Of a DNA stretch of 64,000 nucleotides, positions 1 through 9,966 are shown piece by piece. Each line of letters starts with the position of its first letter. Positions within the stretch are counted from its first letter, which is position 1. Position numbers and translations under genes: made by a program. Under the pieces are notes generated by a model. It saw only the letters and a list, made by a program, of their open reading frames with translations. It ran no database searches and had not been told where the DNA came from. Origin of the DNA: Candidatus Micrarchaeota archaeon (GTDB lineage: Archaea; Micrarchaeota; Micrarchaeia; Micrarchaeales; Micrarchaeaceae); contig JAGWHO010000006.1 in NCBI GenBank assembly GCA_028866715.1, positions 2,005 to 66,004 on the forward strand, in the 5' to 3' direction.

Positions 1-711
1 CTGCTCTACCGCACTTTTCGATGTGCCTGTTATCTCTATGAAGAGGTTCTTGGTGCCCTGCATCACCTTGGTGACGTCCGAGTTCGTGATCGGTATGAGC
101 GATATTATGTTTTTCGAGTCCTTGAGATACGGATAAAGCCCCTTGCTCTCCGAGAGCAATGACCCGTACTCCCTGCCCTTCTCTGTCTTGCGCAGTGCCT
201 CCTCGAAGCTCATGGATTTGCTTGCCCCAAGCGGCACAAATCCAGATTCGTTGCCTGCGCTGTATACGAGCGGGCCCTTCACCATGTCAAGATTGTGTAC
301 GCCTATCGCAAGTTTTCTTCTCTTCCTGCCGTATGTGTCGCAGAACTTTTCGGTGAAGTTCATAAGGTACTTGAGCCTGTTGCCTGTCATGTCAACGTTC
401 TTCGCGACAAAAGCAGCTATGAAGGGCCTGACCCTCTTCACGGAATCAGATACCTTCACTTCAGTGAATGGCTCGTTGCTTATTTTGTAATGGCCCTCTC
501 TTACCGAAGATTTCCCATTGAAGAGCGATGCCGCCCTTCCGAAGCCTACGATATCGAGCATGTCCGGCCTGTCCGCGGTTATGTCTATTGTAGCTTCATC
601 GCCGTCAATCTTCTCCACTTCCATGCCCAGCGCTGCGGCAATCTTCTCGAGCCTGGCCTTCTCGATGCCGTAAGCCCTTAGGTCGTTTATCGAAAATCTT
701 ATCGTTGCCAT
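1..711 (-). CDS. pheT: phenylalanine--tRNA ligase beta subunit, N-terminal 237 codons (gene continues past the left edge)
   Basis: Absent from the ORF track because no stop lies in the window. My translation of the minus strand from ATG at 711-709 reads MATIRFSINDLRAYGIEKARLEKIAAALGMEVEKIDGDEATIDITADRPDMLDIVGFGRAA... and stays open to nt 1. This looks like an archaeal PheRS-beta N-terminus. It starts 2 nt after the pheS stop. Confidence 0.8.
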   Translation of the reverse strand, partial: MATIRFSINDLRAYGIEKARLEKIAAALGMEVEKIDGDEATIDITADRPDMLDIVGFGRAASLFNGKSSVREGHYKISNEPFTEVKVSDSVKRVRPFIAAFVAKNVDMTGNRLKYLMNFTEKFCDTYGRKRRKLAIGVHNLDMVKGPLVYSAGNESGFVPLGASKSMSFEEALRKTEKGREYGSLLSESKGLYPYLKDSKNIISLIPITNSDVTKVMQGTKNLFIEITGTSKSAVEQ

Positions 712-712
712 A

Positions 713-2179
713 TCATATCCTTATCTCGTCTCTGTCCCTGAGCCAGCCTATGTCGTTCTTGTAAAGATCAGTAAGCGAGTTGAGCTTGAGCGACTTCATC
801 AAAAATCTCTCGATGCCGAACGCCCACGCAAGCACAGTCTTGTCTGTCCCCATCGCCCTTGTTATCTCCTTTCTTATTATCCCGGCTCCGGCAATCTCTA
901 TCATGTCGTTGTGCTCCTTGTCGTAGTAATGCACCTCCAATGACGGCTCTGTGAACGGGAAGTAGCTGGGCTTGAACCTTATGTCTGTGACGCCAAATTG
1001 CGCGAAGAACCTCTTTATCGTGTCTATGAGATTTGCAAGGCTCAGGTTGTTCCCTATTATTATGCCGTCCATCTGCGTGAGCTCCGCAAGGTGCTTGTAG
1101 TCTATCGCCTCGTTCCTGAATACTTTTCCTATCGAGAACAGCTTGACAGGATACGCTCCCTCCTCCACATTGGCGAACTTCCTGATGTAATGCGCAGACA
1201 CGCTCGTGGTATGGGTCCTGAGAACCGGCTGGCTTGCAAGCTCCTCGCGCCAGTCCTCCTGCCAAGCCTCAGTATGTTCCTTCTTGATCTTTTTCATCAG
1301 GGCAAGGTCGTCTATGCTTATGCGCTTCGGATTTGACACGAAGAACGTGTCCTGCATGTCCCTCGCAGGGTGGTCCTGCCTAGAGAACAGCGCGTCGAAA
1401 TTCCAGAACGCGGATTCGACTATGGGTCCGTTCACCTCAGCGAAGCCCATGTTGAGCCACGCGTCTCTTACCATGTTGTTGAACTCGTGCATGGGGTGGA
1501 GCCTTGCCGGGTAAACCGTCTCGGAGCTTGCGTTGATGTCGTAGCTCCTGAATCCCTTACCCTTCCACGAGCCGCTCTTTATTATCTCCCTTGTGAGGGC
1601 GCCGACCCCCTGGTCAGCTTTGCCTGAGCTTAGCTCTATACCCTTCCTTGTTATCTCGATGCCTGTTATCCCTGAAGATTCCTTTGTCTTGACAAGGCCG
1701 CGCTTTTCGAGAATTGCAAGCAGATCGCGTTCCTGCTTATTCAGATCTCCGATGGCCTTCGTTCCTGTACTTGCAGAGTTCAACAAATCCCTTAATTGGC
1801 TGTCCTTGGCTTTGGCTGCAGCCACGCCTGCAGGCGTAAGCTTGGCTACGCCATCTCTTATGTCTATCCAGTTGTTCCTCTTTGCCCATATGAGGCCTAT
1901 GTTGTTCAGGCCCTGTACTTTCGATGAGCCTCCTGCCTTTGAAATGCTCCTGACCAATGCCTCTTCAGGCAGCGCATCGGTGTAGCTCTCTCCCTCCTTG
2001 GTAAGCGCGATGCTGCCTGATGCCTTCCTATTGACTTTCACTGCATCTGCAACAGAGAGATTCTCGAGCGCCCACATGACGGAGTCTTTAGCAAGCTTTG
2101 TGCCGTTTGCTATTGCGTCTATGTCCGACGTCTTCTTGTCCTTAAGGAACTTGAGCACAGCAATCTCATACTCGTGCAA
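713..2179 (-). CDS. pheS: phenylalanine--tRNA ligase alpha subunit
   Basis: 488-aa ORF with class II aaRS motifs (FRNEAIDYKHLAELTQMDG, GAGIIRKEI, AFGIERF) and the archaeal N-terminal winged-helix extension. It sits directly upstream of pheT. Confidence 0.93.
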   Translation of the reverse strand: MHEYEIAVLKFLKDKKTSDIDAIANGTKLAKDSVMWALENLSVADAVKVNRKASGSIALTKEGESYTDALPEEALVRSISKAGGSSKVQGLNNIGLIWAKRNNWIDIRDGVAKLTPAGVAAAKAKDSQLRDLLNSASTGTKAIGDLNKQERDLLAILEKRGLVKTKESSGITGIEITRKGIELSSGKADQGVGALTREIIKSGSWKGKGFRSYDINASSETVYPARLHPMHEFNNMVRDAWLNMGFAEVNGPIVESAFWNFDALFSRQDHPARDMQDTFFVSNPKRISIDDLALMKKIKKEHTEAWQEDWREELASQPVLRTHTTSVSAHYIRKFANVEEGAYPVKLFSIGKVFRNEAIDYKHLAELTQMDGIIIGNNLSLANLIDTIKRFFAQFGVTDIRFKPSYFPFTEPSLEVHYYDKEHNDMIEIAGAGIIRKEITRAMGTDKTVLAWAFGIERFLMKSLKLNSLTDLYKNDIGWLRDRDEIRI

Positions 2180-2188
2180 CTTGCCACC

Positions 2189-3010
2189 CTATCTTCCCAC
2201 CCTGAAATAGGCGTAGAGTATGAACGCTAGGATTATGATCGCTATTATCAGGTACGTGAATATGCCCAGTTCCTTGTAGATCTGGCCGAAGAAGCCCACC
2301 ACCTCGGCCTGTATGCCTTCTGTTATGACGAACGTGAGTGTGAACTTTGACAACGGTTCGCCGTACAGCCAAGAGACTCTTGTAGTATTGGCGTAATCAT
2401 TGGTGAACGCGGAAGGCGGATAGTCCGGTATCGGGTAAACTGACTTTATCTGGCTTCCTGAAGGCAGCACTATGGTTAGCGTGGTATTCGGGTTCAGCAC
2501 CTGGCCGCTAGCTCCGTGCTCGAAGTTGAAGACAGCAGGGTTGAACCTGTAGACGAAGTTCCTTGGTGCAGTCTGGTTTACAACCGTCACGTTGCTCACC
2601 TCGTAGCTCATCAGCAGATACGCATAATTCTGGCCATTTATGTTTGTCACAGAACCTGGGAGGAACTTGAAGTTATAAACGCCCTTGTAGGGGTTGATTA
2701 TGTGCTGCACTAGCAGCGGCCCTATGATGTTCTGCCAGTTGCTGAGCGTAAGATTAAGAGCAACCCTGTTTGTTGTATACTGCTGCACGGACGAGTTGCT
2801 TATTATCATGGTAAGTATCTCAGTCACCTGCGCGCTGGTGTTCTTGTTCAGCGCAACTGTGACGTTGAGGTTTGTAACCGAATAAGATGCGTGGCTCAGG
2901 GGTATCATGGTCAGTATGGCAACAGCAAAAACTGCCAGGACTATGCTCCTCATGTGCGCACCGGATTTAGATGCGTATCTTGCGTATAAATAGCTTTTGT
3001 AACGGTTCAA
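2189..3010 (-). CDS. hypothetical secreted, C-terminally membrane-anchored protein with many N-x-S/T sequons
   Basis: N-terminal hydrophobic signal (MRSIVLAVFAVAILTMIPLSHA) and a C-terminal TM helix (IFTYLIIAIIILAFILYAYF). At least 10 N-x-S/T sequons are present. The start could instead be the internal ATG at 2953, which has tataaata at 2985-2993 upstream. The stop lies 9 nt before the pheS start, so the two are probably co-transcribed. Confidence 0.6.
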   Translation of the reverse strand: MNRYKSYLYARYASKSGAHMRSIVLAVFAVAILTMIPLSHASYSVTNLNVTVALNKNTSAQVTEILTMIISNSSVQQYTTNRVALNLTLSNWQNIIGPLLVQHIINPYKGVYNFKFLPGSVTNINGQNYAYLLMSYEVSNVTVVNQTAPRNFVYRFNPAVFNFEHGASGQVLNPNTTLTIVLPSGSQIKSVYPIPDYPPSAFTNDYANTTRVSWLYGEPLSKFTLTFVITEGIQAEVVGFFGQIYKELGIFTYLIIAIIILAFILYAYFRVGR

Positions 3011-3060
3011 TTCCTCTTCATCAAAGCCCTTAAATACCTTCGCGAGAGAAGGTTCTATAA

Positions 3061-3486
3061 GTGATTTCTATGATAACAGGATTCACAATCCTAAGTGTAG
3101 AAGGCAAGATAAACTCACAGGATGTTCTGGCAAAGCAAAGATTCCCGAAGCTGAACATAAATCTTGACAAGATTGAACCGAGCGGAGACAAGATAAAGAT
3201 AGGCTACTCGTTCGTTGCCGATTATTTCGACAATGACGCGAAGGACGCCAAGAGCGTAGGCTCGCTCAAGCTGTCAGGCACCGTAGAGGTGCAGGAGTCA
3301 AAGGAAAAGATAGCAGACATAGTAAAGAAGTGGAACGAGACCAAGATGCTGCCTGTGCCTATGGCAGAGGAGATAATCAACGGGCTCAACTTCAGGTGCA
3401 GCGCTACAGGAACTCTTGTGGCATACTCTCTTGGACTGATACCCCCGCTGGTAATAAGCAGCACAAAGCTCCAGGAGCCAAAGTAA
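3061..3486 (+). CDS. hypothetical protein (141 aa, soluble)
   Basis: Clean ORF with host-like codon usage, preceded by cccttaaatacc at 3027-3038. No domain recognised. The start may be ATG 3070. Confidence 0.5.
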   Translation: MISMITGFTILSVEGKINSQDVLAKQRFPKLNINLDKIEPSGDKIKIGYSFVADYFDNDAKDAKSVGSLKLSGTVEVQESKEKIADIVKKWNETKMLPVPMAEEIINGLNFRCSATGTLVAYSLGLIPPLVISSTKLQEPK

Positions 3487-3559
3487 GGTTCCTGGGCAAT
3501 CTTTTCCTCTCTTTCCTATCAAATGATAGGATATTATATTTTTCCCGGGTATACTCATC

Positions 3560-6001
3560 ATGGGGGCTGATTCTTCAACTATAACAGGAGCAGTCATAGA
3601 CATTGACTACCTCAATAGAGGAGAGGCTGCCTACATAAGGCTCACCGTAAAGGGCAAGGACGGCAGGGCACATGAGATTTACGACAAGAGCTTCAGGCCC
3701 TATTTCTATCTCGTGCCCAGCAAGAAAATAGAAGACGATGACATATATGCTGTATCGGCAATGGCGGACAACAACAAGCTCATAAAGGCAGATGGCCTCG
3801 AAAGGGAGAGCAAGCGCATCTTCGGGAAGCAGGTAGAGGCAGTAAAGGTATATACGAAGAATCCGTCTCATGTGCCGAAGCTGAGCGCGGCCCTGTCGCA
3901 ATACGGCACATGCTACGACAACGACATACCGTTTGCAAAAAGGTATTCGATAGACAGGGATGTAATCCCGATGGCCAACTACGAGATAGAGACGAAGAGC
4001 GAAGACGGCCTAACCGTTCTGCAAAAATTCGGAAACGTGGTCGATCAGGATGTAGATGCAAACGTGATGTGCTTCGACATAGAGACCTACAATCCATTAG
4101 GGCTTCCAAGGATGGACAGGGATCCTGTCATAATGCTGAGCTACTCGGTCGTCAACAGCAAGGGCGCAAAGCGCGGAGTCATAACCTACAAGAAGATAGA
4201 CAAGGACTTTGTCACTGTAGTCCAAGATGAAAAGGCGCTTTTCAAGAGATTCCAAGACCTTCTCAACGAACTTGATATCGACATAGTGGTGGGCTACAAC
4301 TCAGCCAATTTCGACATAAAGTATCTTCTCGAAAGGTCCAGGGCCCTAAGGCTAGATTTTGACATGTCGAGATTCGAGGGTAGCACAAGGATAGAGAGGC
4401 ACGGCCTGGTCGACAAGGTCAAGATGGGCGGCAGGGCGCACATAGACATGTACCTTGTCGTAAAGTTCATATCTGTTGTAGGCGCGGCGGAGCACATCTT
4501 GAAACTCAACAGCTACACGCTCAAGAACGTGTACGAGGCGATAACCAAGGACAACAAGTATGCTGTCGAGAAGGGCAGCATATACAAGATGTGGGACGGC
4601 TCGAAAGATGAACTTGAATCGCTCGCTACGTACAGCCTTGCTGATGCAGACGCGCTGCAAAAGGTCTACGACACGTTCATGCCGATAATGATAGAAACTT
4701 CAAGGGTCACGCACAATCCAATCAGCGACACGTCAGTCTCAACAACAGGCCAGCTCGTGGAATTCATGCTCATGAGGTACTGCTCACATGTGCATGACAT
4801 AATCCCGAACAAGCCGACAGAGTACGATATCCGCGAGCGTCTTATGAATCCGATAGAGGGAGCATATGTCAAGACACCTGAGCCGGGCATCTACGACAAT
4901 CTCGCAATGTTCGACTTCAGGGGTCTGTACCCTTCGATAATGATATCTTACAACATAGACCCTTCATCGATATGCCCTGACTGCGCAGAATACCACGAAT
5001 CACCCATAGGCACCAAGTTCAGGAAATCGCCGCTTGGCATAACTCCTACAATACTCAAGCAGCTCATCGCGCAAAGGGCCGAGGTAAAGAAGGCGTACAA
5101 GAAAGATCCAAACAACATATACCTCGGATCAAGGTCCCAGGCCCTGAAGATCATCTCAAATTCCGTGTTCGGCTACCTCGGATACGCGAGATCCAGATGG
5201 TACTCAAGGGAATGCGCAGGAAGCATAACAGCGTACGGCAGGCAATACATCAAGGATGTCATGTCGCAGGCAGAGAAGCAGGGCATAAAGGTGATATACG
5301 GCGACACGGACAGCTTGGTGATGCTGCTAGGAGACCGCACAAAGGAAGACGCAAAGAAATTCATGAAGGACTACAATTCAAACCTTCCGGAATCTATGGA
5401 GCTGGAGCTTGAGGATTTCTACACCCGGGGGGTATTTGTCGGCAAGAAGACGGACAAAGAGGCAGCTGGGGCAAAGAAGAAGTACGCGCTCATATCAGAG
5501 ACCGGCAGGATAAAGATCCGCGGCTTCGAGCTTGTGCGAAGGGACTGGTCCAGGGTAGCAAGGGACACCCAGAAGCAGGTGCTGGAGATAATCCTCAAGG
5601 AGGGAGACAAGGACAAGGCCGCGGCAGCTGTGCGTCAGGTGATATCCGACCTCAAGGAAGGCAAGGTGCCGATATCCGATGTGGTGATAAACACCCAGAT
5701 AAGGAAGAGCATAGACAGCTACGACATTGCGTCTCCGGAGATAGCAGCTGCGAGAAAGGCGGTAAAGGCAGGCTTCAAGACGAAAGATGAGGTCGAGCAC
5801 TCTGTGATCGGATATGTCATAACAAAGAAGGGCAGCTCCATATCAGACAAGGCATACCTAGAGGGCATGGCCCAGGATTACGATGCGGATTACTACATCA
5901 ACAAGCAGGTTCTCCCTGCTACAATGAGGATACTCAAGGAGCTCAACTTCAACGAGGAAGAGCTAAAAGGATGGGGGAAGCAAAAGAAGCTAGGCGATTA
6001 G
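3560..6001 (+). CDS. polB: family-B DNA polymerase (PolB)
   Basis: Exo I FDIETYN, Exo II YNSANFDIKYL and Exo III YSLADADAL are present. Pol motifs are A (DFRGLYPSIM), B (KIISNSVFGYLG) and C (YGDTDS). At 813 aa with contiguous motifs, there is no intein. Confidence 0.95.
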   Translation: MGADSSTITGAVIDIDYLNRGEAAYIRLTVKGKDGRAHEIYDKSFRPYFYLVPSKKIEDDDIYAVSAMADNNKLIKADGLERESKRIFGKQVEAVKVYTKNPSHVPKLSAALSQYGTCYDNDIPFAKRYSIDRDVIPMANYEIETKSEDGLTVLQKFGNVVDQDVDANVMCFDIETYNPLGLPRMDRDPVIMLSYSVVNSKGAKRGVITYKKIDKDFVTVVQDEKALFKRFQDLLNELDIDIVVGYNSANFDIKYLLERSRALRLDFDMSRFEGSTRIERHGLVDKVKMGGRAHIDMYLVVKFISVVGAAEHILKLNSYTLKNVYEAITKDNKYAVEKGSIYKMWDGSKDELESLATYSLADADALQKVYDTFMPIMIETSRVTHNPISDTSVSTTGQLVEFMLMRYCSHVHDIIPNKPTEYDIRERLMNPIEGAYVKTPEPGIYDNLAMFDFRGLYPSIMISYNIDPSSICPDCAEYHESPIGTKFRKSPLGITPTILKQLIAQRAEVKKAYKKDPNNIYLGSRSQALKIISNSVFGYLGYARSRWYSRECAGSITAYGRQYIKDVMSQAEKQGIKVIYGDTDSLVMLLGDRTKEDAKKFMKDYNSNLPESMELELEDFYTRGVFVGKKTDKEAAGAKKKYALISETGRIKIRGFELVRRDWSRVARDTQKQVLEIILKEGDKDKAAAAVRQVISDLKEGKVPISDVVINTQIRKSIDSYDIASPEIAAARKAVKAGFKTKDEVEHSVIGYVITKKGSSISDKAYLEGMAQDYDADYYINKQVLPATMRILKELNFNEEELKGWGKQKKLGD

Positions 6002-6928
6002 TTGGCGGACAATCACGAACACCATGAACATGAGGAACCTGACATAAACGTCATGAAAGACGTAGGCAAGGCATCGGTTGAGGCAATGCTCAAGGCCAAG
6101 CAGCTCATAAAGCCAGGCGCGAAGCTGCTCGATGTGGCTGACGCAGCAGAGAAGTTCCTGAAAGAGAAGGGCTACGGCATTGCATTTCCGATAAACCTCT
6201 CGATCAACGAGCAGGCGGCGCATTATACGCCCACGCTATCCGATGAGAAGGTGTTTGGGGACGACGATGTAGTAAAGATTGATTTTGGCGCGGAGAGGGA
6301 CGGCATCCTCGGCGACGGCGCGCTGACAGTCGACCTTTCAGGTAAATATCAGAAGATGGTAGATGCGGCAAGCGCAGCGCTTGACAATGCAATCAGCACG
6401 GTAAGGCACGGAGTCACTGTAAGGCGGATAGGCGCGGAGATAGCGAGCACTATTGAGAAGGCAGGCTTCAAGCCGATAAGGAATTTGGGAGGCCATGGAA
6501 TCCACAGCCACGAGCTTCATGCCGAATTGTTCATACCAAATTACGACAACGGCGACGACACTGTGCTAGAAGAGGGCATGACCGTAGCGATAGAGCCGTT
6601 CGTGACAGATGGAAGGGGCATGGTCGTTGACAGCGATCTAATCGAGATATACAGCTTCGCAGGCACTGCCGCGATAAGGTCTCCTGACGCAAGGGCTCTC
6701 ATGAACGAGATAGCCGCAAAATATCCTACAGAGCCGTTCGCAGCGCGCTGGCTTTCAAATGTGATAGATTCGAAGTTCAGGCTTTATGCCGCAGTGCGTG
6801 AGCTGCTCAGATCAGGGTGCCTGTCGCCGCACCCCACTCTTATAGAAGCGGGCAACGGCATGGTGACCCAGGCCGAGGCAGAGCTTGTTGTTGGGAAAGG
6901 CGGTTGCGAGATCGTGACAAAGGTATAA
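6002..6928 (+). CDS. map: type 2 methionine aminopeptidase
   Basis: Pita-bread metal-ligand context is present (DFGAERDGILGD, GGHGIHSHELH, AIEPF, AQAEAELVV). The track start is TTG. An ATG (MKDVGK...) 16 codons downstream is an alternative. Confidence 0.88.
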   Translation: MADNHEHHEHEEPDINVMKDVGKASVEAMLKAKQLIKPGAKLLDVADAAEKFLKEKGYGIAFPINLSINEQAAHYTPTLSDEKVFGDDDVVKIDFGAERDGILGDGALTVDLSGKYQKMVDAASAALDNAISTVRHGVTVRRIGAEIASTIEKAGFKPIRNLGGHGIHSHELHAELFIPNYDNGDDTVLEEGMTVAIEPFVTDGRGMVVDSDLIEIYSFAGTAAIRSPDARALMNEIAAKYPTEPFAARWLSNVIDSKFRLYAAVRELLRSGCLSPHPTLIEAGNGMVTQAEAELVVGKGGCEIVTKV

Positions 6929-6966
6929 ACCTTTTAATGGTGCGGTCTCATTAGATAACCGTTGAA

Positions 6967-7548
6967 ATGGACGACATAAGGGCACAGACAATAATCCCGA
7001 CTGGCGTGCGGCCGCCAGAGCTTGTAGGGCTCACAAGGCCGAAGCCGCGGCGCCTCTTCCCTGTGCTTGTGGCGATAGCAGGCGTAGCAGTGATGATATT
7101 GGCGCTTCTCTATGCAGAGGGCACGTTCAAGGCGCAGCTGGGCGGGGCGCAATCGCTAATAGTCGGCAAGTGCTTCGGCACGCAGACATTCTTGTGCAGC
7201 AACCCGTCGCTTTCCAATTCAACAGGCCAGATATCGTTCCAGTTCGGCCAGGTCACAAGCCAGCCGATATACGGGACAAGCCTCGCATGCGTATCCGGCT
7301 CTGCGGTAGCCAATTACACGTTGAACTTCACCCCGATAACCAAGCTTGGTTACACGTCTACGACGCTGCAGAACGGTGTGCAGATATCCATAACCAATGA
7401 GACGTGCTACGGGCCCTCAGGCAAGCCTCTCGGCGCAACAGCGAAAGGAACGGTGTTCGACGGCACAATATGGGTGCTGTATCAGCAGACTGTCCAGAGC
7501 ACTGGGCAGATAGTCAAGGCCGCAACCGTCTCCGTAGCAGCTAGCTAA
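6967..7548 (+). CDS. hypothetical membrane-anchored extracellular protein
   Basis: One N-terminal TM helix (LFPVLVAIAGVAVMILALLY). It is followed by a C-x7-C-[SN]-N ... Q-P ... A-C module that resembles the region after the pilin helix of the 12765 protein. Confidence 0.55.
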   Translation: MDDIRAQTIIPTGVRPPELVGLTRPKPRRLFPVLVAIAGVAVMILALLYAEGTFKAQLGGAQSLIVGKCFGTQTFLCSNPSLSNSTGQISFQFGQVTSQPIYGTSLACVSGSAVANYTLNFTPITKLGYTSTTLQNGVQISITNETCYGPSGKPLGATAKGTVFDGTIWVLYQQTVQSTGQIVKAATVSVAAS

Positions 7549-7569
7549 AAAAGAAAACAGGAAGCGCGT

Positions 7570-9966
7570 TTATTCGCACTTCGTGTATCCGCATGATAAG
7601 CAGCTCACGCAGCCGTTCTCGTTCTTGAGCGTAGGCTCGCTGCACTTCGGGCAGTTGCCCATGTGCGCCTCCTTGTTCAGGCTCATGAGCCCTCCTTTGT
7701 TCGTCGCAGTTGCAACGCTCACAACCTCCTTCTTGACCTGGTGGTCTGTAAGTGTTGTAGGCGCGACTCCATGCGGTAGGCTAGATTGTCCTATCGCCAT
7801 CTCCAATGCCTTTGCTATCGCGTCTGGCACGCTGTAAAGCCTGAGGCCGTGCTCCCATGTAACTGAATTGGATCGTATGCCCTTCAAGCTTGCGATGACC
7901 TCCTTGAGGTCCCCTCCCTGCTGCAGGTACTTGCTCACGAGCTTGCCTATCGCCTCTGTGTAGCTCTTCTCGTCGCTTCCTGCCCTTCCGAGAGTTATGA
8001 ACACCTCGCGCACGTTTTCTGCGTCCATGTTCGCCGTGAGGTACAGCGTTCCCTGCGGCACCTCGAACTTGATCGTTCTGCCGGTCAGCACCTGCGGCCT
8101 CTTCCACTCGTCTAGCGAGGTGAGTTGGGCCGCCTCCTGCTTCTTCTTCAACTCCTGCTCTGTTATCAGGATACCCTCTCTTGATCCCTCCCTATACACG
8201 GTTATGCCCTTGCAGCCTGCTTTCCACGCCTGGAAGTATATCCTCTCTATCTCTTCGACAGATACATTTCTGTCGAGGTTGACAGTTGATGATATCGCGC
8301 TGTCTATGTGCCTCTGTATTATACCCTGAAGCTTTACCCTGAAGTCAGGCACTATCTTGTGCGCAGGCACGAAGAATTCAGGAAGATCCGAATCGCTCTT
8401 TATGTTCGTGACCTTCATGTACTCCTTGACCAACGGATGATACACCTTGAAGTACTCCTGGCTCAAGGTCTCCGACCTTCTTATGTAGCTGAATGTGAAT
8501 ATCGGCTCTATTCCGCTTGATGAACCAACAAGCACTGAGCCGCTCCCTACAGGCGGTATGGTGAGTATGGCAACGTTCCTGAGCCCGTAATCAGCTATCT
8601 TCTCCTGTATCTGCGAGCTTAGTGTCTTTATGAACGGCATAGTGAGATGCTTCTCCTTGTCGAACGCCAGGAACGAGCCCTTCTCCCTTGCAATCTCGCA
8701 GCTCTCGTCATAGGCGGTCTCTTTTATCGTGTTGAAGAGCTGGTCTACAAATGCAAGAGCGTTGTCGCTGTCGTACTTTATCTTGAGCTTCGCTAGCATG
8801 TCGGCAAGCCCTGTCGCGCCCACTCCTATTCGTCTGCTCTTCCTGCCCTCCTCTGTCTGCTCCTTGAGCGGGTGCTTGTCCATGTTGTAGTCAAGTACAT
8901 TGTCAAGGAAGCGCACCGCATACCTTGTAGCCTTCTCGAGGGCCTTCCAGTCAAGCGCCGGATTGTCGCTGAACGGGTTGATGACAAATGCAGACAGGTT
9001 TATCGAACCAAGGTCGCAGGCTCCGTAGCCCTGGAGCGGCTGCTCGCTGCACGGATTGGTGCTTATGACCTCCATGCCGTTGTACTCGCTTGGCGAGTAC
9101 CTCTTGACAGTGTCCCAGAATATCAGTCCTGGCTCCGCCCAATCCCTTGCCGACTGGACCAGCTCCTGCCAGAGCTCCCTTGCCCTGACGACTCTCTCTA
9201 CCCTTCCTACAACGCCGTTCTCGTACCTGAGCACGAAATCAGAGTCTGCCTCGACCGCGCGCATGAATTCATCAGTCACCTTGACGCTGATGTTCGCGTA
9301 TCTTACTGTCCTGAGGTCGCGCTTTACCCTTATGAAGTCAAGAATATCCGGATGGTCAACGCTCAGGGTTATCATAAGCGCCCCTCTTCTGGCGTTCTGG
9401 CCTATTGTATGCGTAGTCTCGCTCATCAGGTTCATGAATGATACTGCGCCTGTGGACTTTATCGCGCTGTTGTTGACCGGCGAGCCCCTCGGCCTCAGTA
9501 TGCTTATGTCTGTGCCTACTCCGCCTCCGAAGCTGTATGTCCTTGCCGCTTCCTTGAGCCAGTTGAATATGTCCTCTATCGTGTCGCCCTTCATCGGTAT
9601 GACGTAGCAGTTAAGGAGCGTAGTCCTTCTCTTCTGCCCCGCGCCGAACATTATCCTGCCGCCAGGCACGAACCTGAAATCGCCAAGCAGCCAGTTGAAC
9701 TTCTCGTCCCACTCCTTCATCTTTTCAGGTGTGGCCTCGACGCTTGCCATCTCATGCGCCACCCTTGCCCACATCTCAGGAGGCGTTTTCTCAAGATAGA
9801 CGCCATCTGCGTCCCTGAAAGCATATTTCTCGTAGAATACCCTCGCCCTTATCTCGTCACTGTCGAAATACTCAAGCGTCTCCTTAGGTATCCTTATAGA
9901 GTTCTCCGAAGCACCCAATTGTTTCCCAGAATCCACAGCAGCCCCACCATCCATAAAATCACTCAT
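7570..9966 (-). CDS. nrdJ: class II (adenosylcobalamin-dependent) ribonucleotide reductase
   Basis: 798-aa ORF with the active-site loop STNPCSEQPL. It is NrdJ-like throughout and ends in a C-terminal 4-Cys zinc ribbon (CPKCSEP...CVSCLSCGYTKCE). No intein. Confidence 0.9.
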   Translation of the reverse strand: MSDFMDGGAAVDSGKQLGASENSIRIPKETLEYFDSDEIRARVFYEKYAFRDADGVYLEKTPPEMWARVAHEMASVEATPEKMKEWDEKFNWLLGDFRFVPGGRIMFGAGQKRRTTLLNCYVIPMKGDTIEDIFNWLKEAARTYSFGGGVGTDISILRPRGSPVNNSAIKSTGAVSFMNLMSETTHTIGQNARRGALMITLSVDHPDILDFIRVKRDLRTVRYANISVKVTDEFMRAVEADSDFVLRYENGVVGRVERVVRARELWQELVQSARDWAEPGLIFWDTVKRYSPSEYNGMEVISTNPCSEQPLQGYGACDLGSINLSAFVINPFSDNPALDWKALEKATRYAVRFLDNVLDYNMDKHPLKEQTEEGRKSRRIGVGATGLADMLAKLKIKYDSDNALAFVDQLFNTIKETAYDESCEIAREKGSFLAFDKEKHLTMPFIKTLSSQIQEKIADYGLRNVAILTIPPVGSGSVLVGSSSGIEPIFTFSYIRRSETLSQEYFKVYHPLVKEYMKVTNIKSDSDLPEFFVPAHKIVPDFRVKLQGIIQRHIDSAISSTVNLDRNVSVEEIERIYFQAWKAGCKGITVYREGSREGILITEQELKKKQEAAQLTSLDEWKRPQVLTGRTIKFEVPQGTLYLTANMDAENVREVFITLGRAGSDEKSYTEAIGKLVSKYLQQGGDLKEVIASLKGIRSNSVTWEHGLRLYSVPDAIAKALEMAIGQSSLPHGVAPTTLTDHQVKKEVVSVATATNKGGLMSLNKEAHMGNCPKCSEPTLKNENGCVSCLSCGYTKCE

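Noticed and set aside
3560-9966. Inteins in PolB or the class II RNR, and also in DP2 at 27479..30931.
   Set aside because: The catalytic motifs are contiguous, protein lengths are those of intein-free versions, and no Cys/Ser-...-HN-Cys splice-junction blocks were seen.
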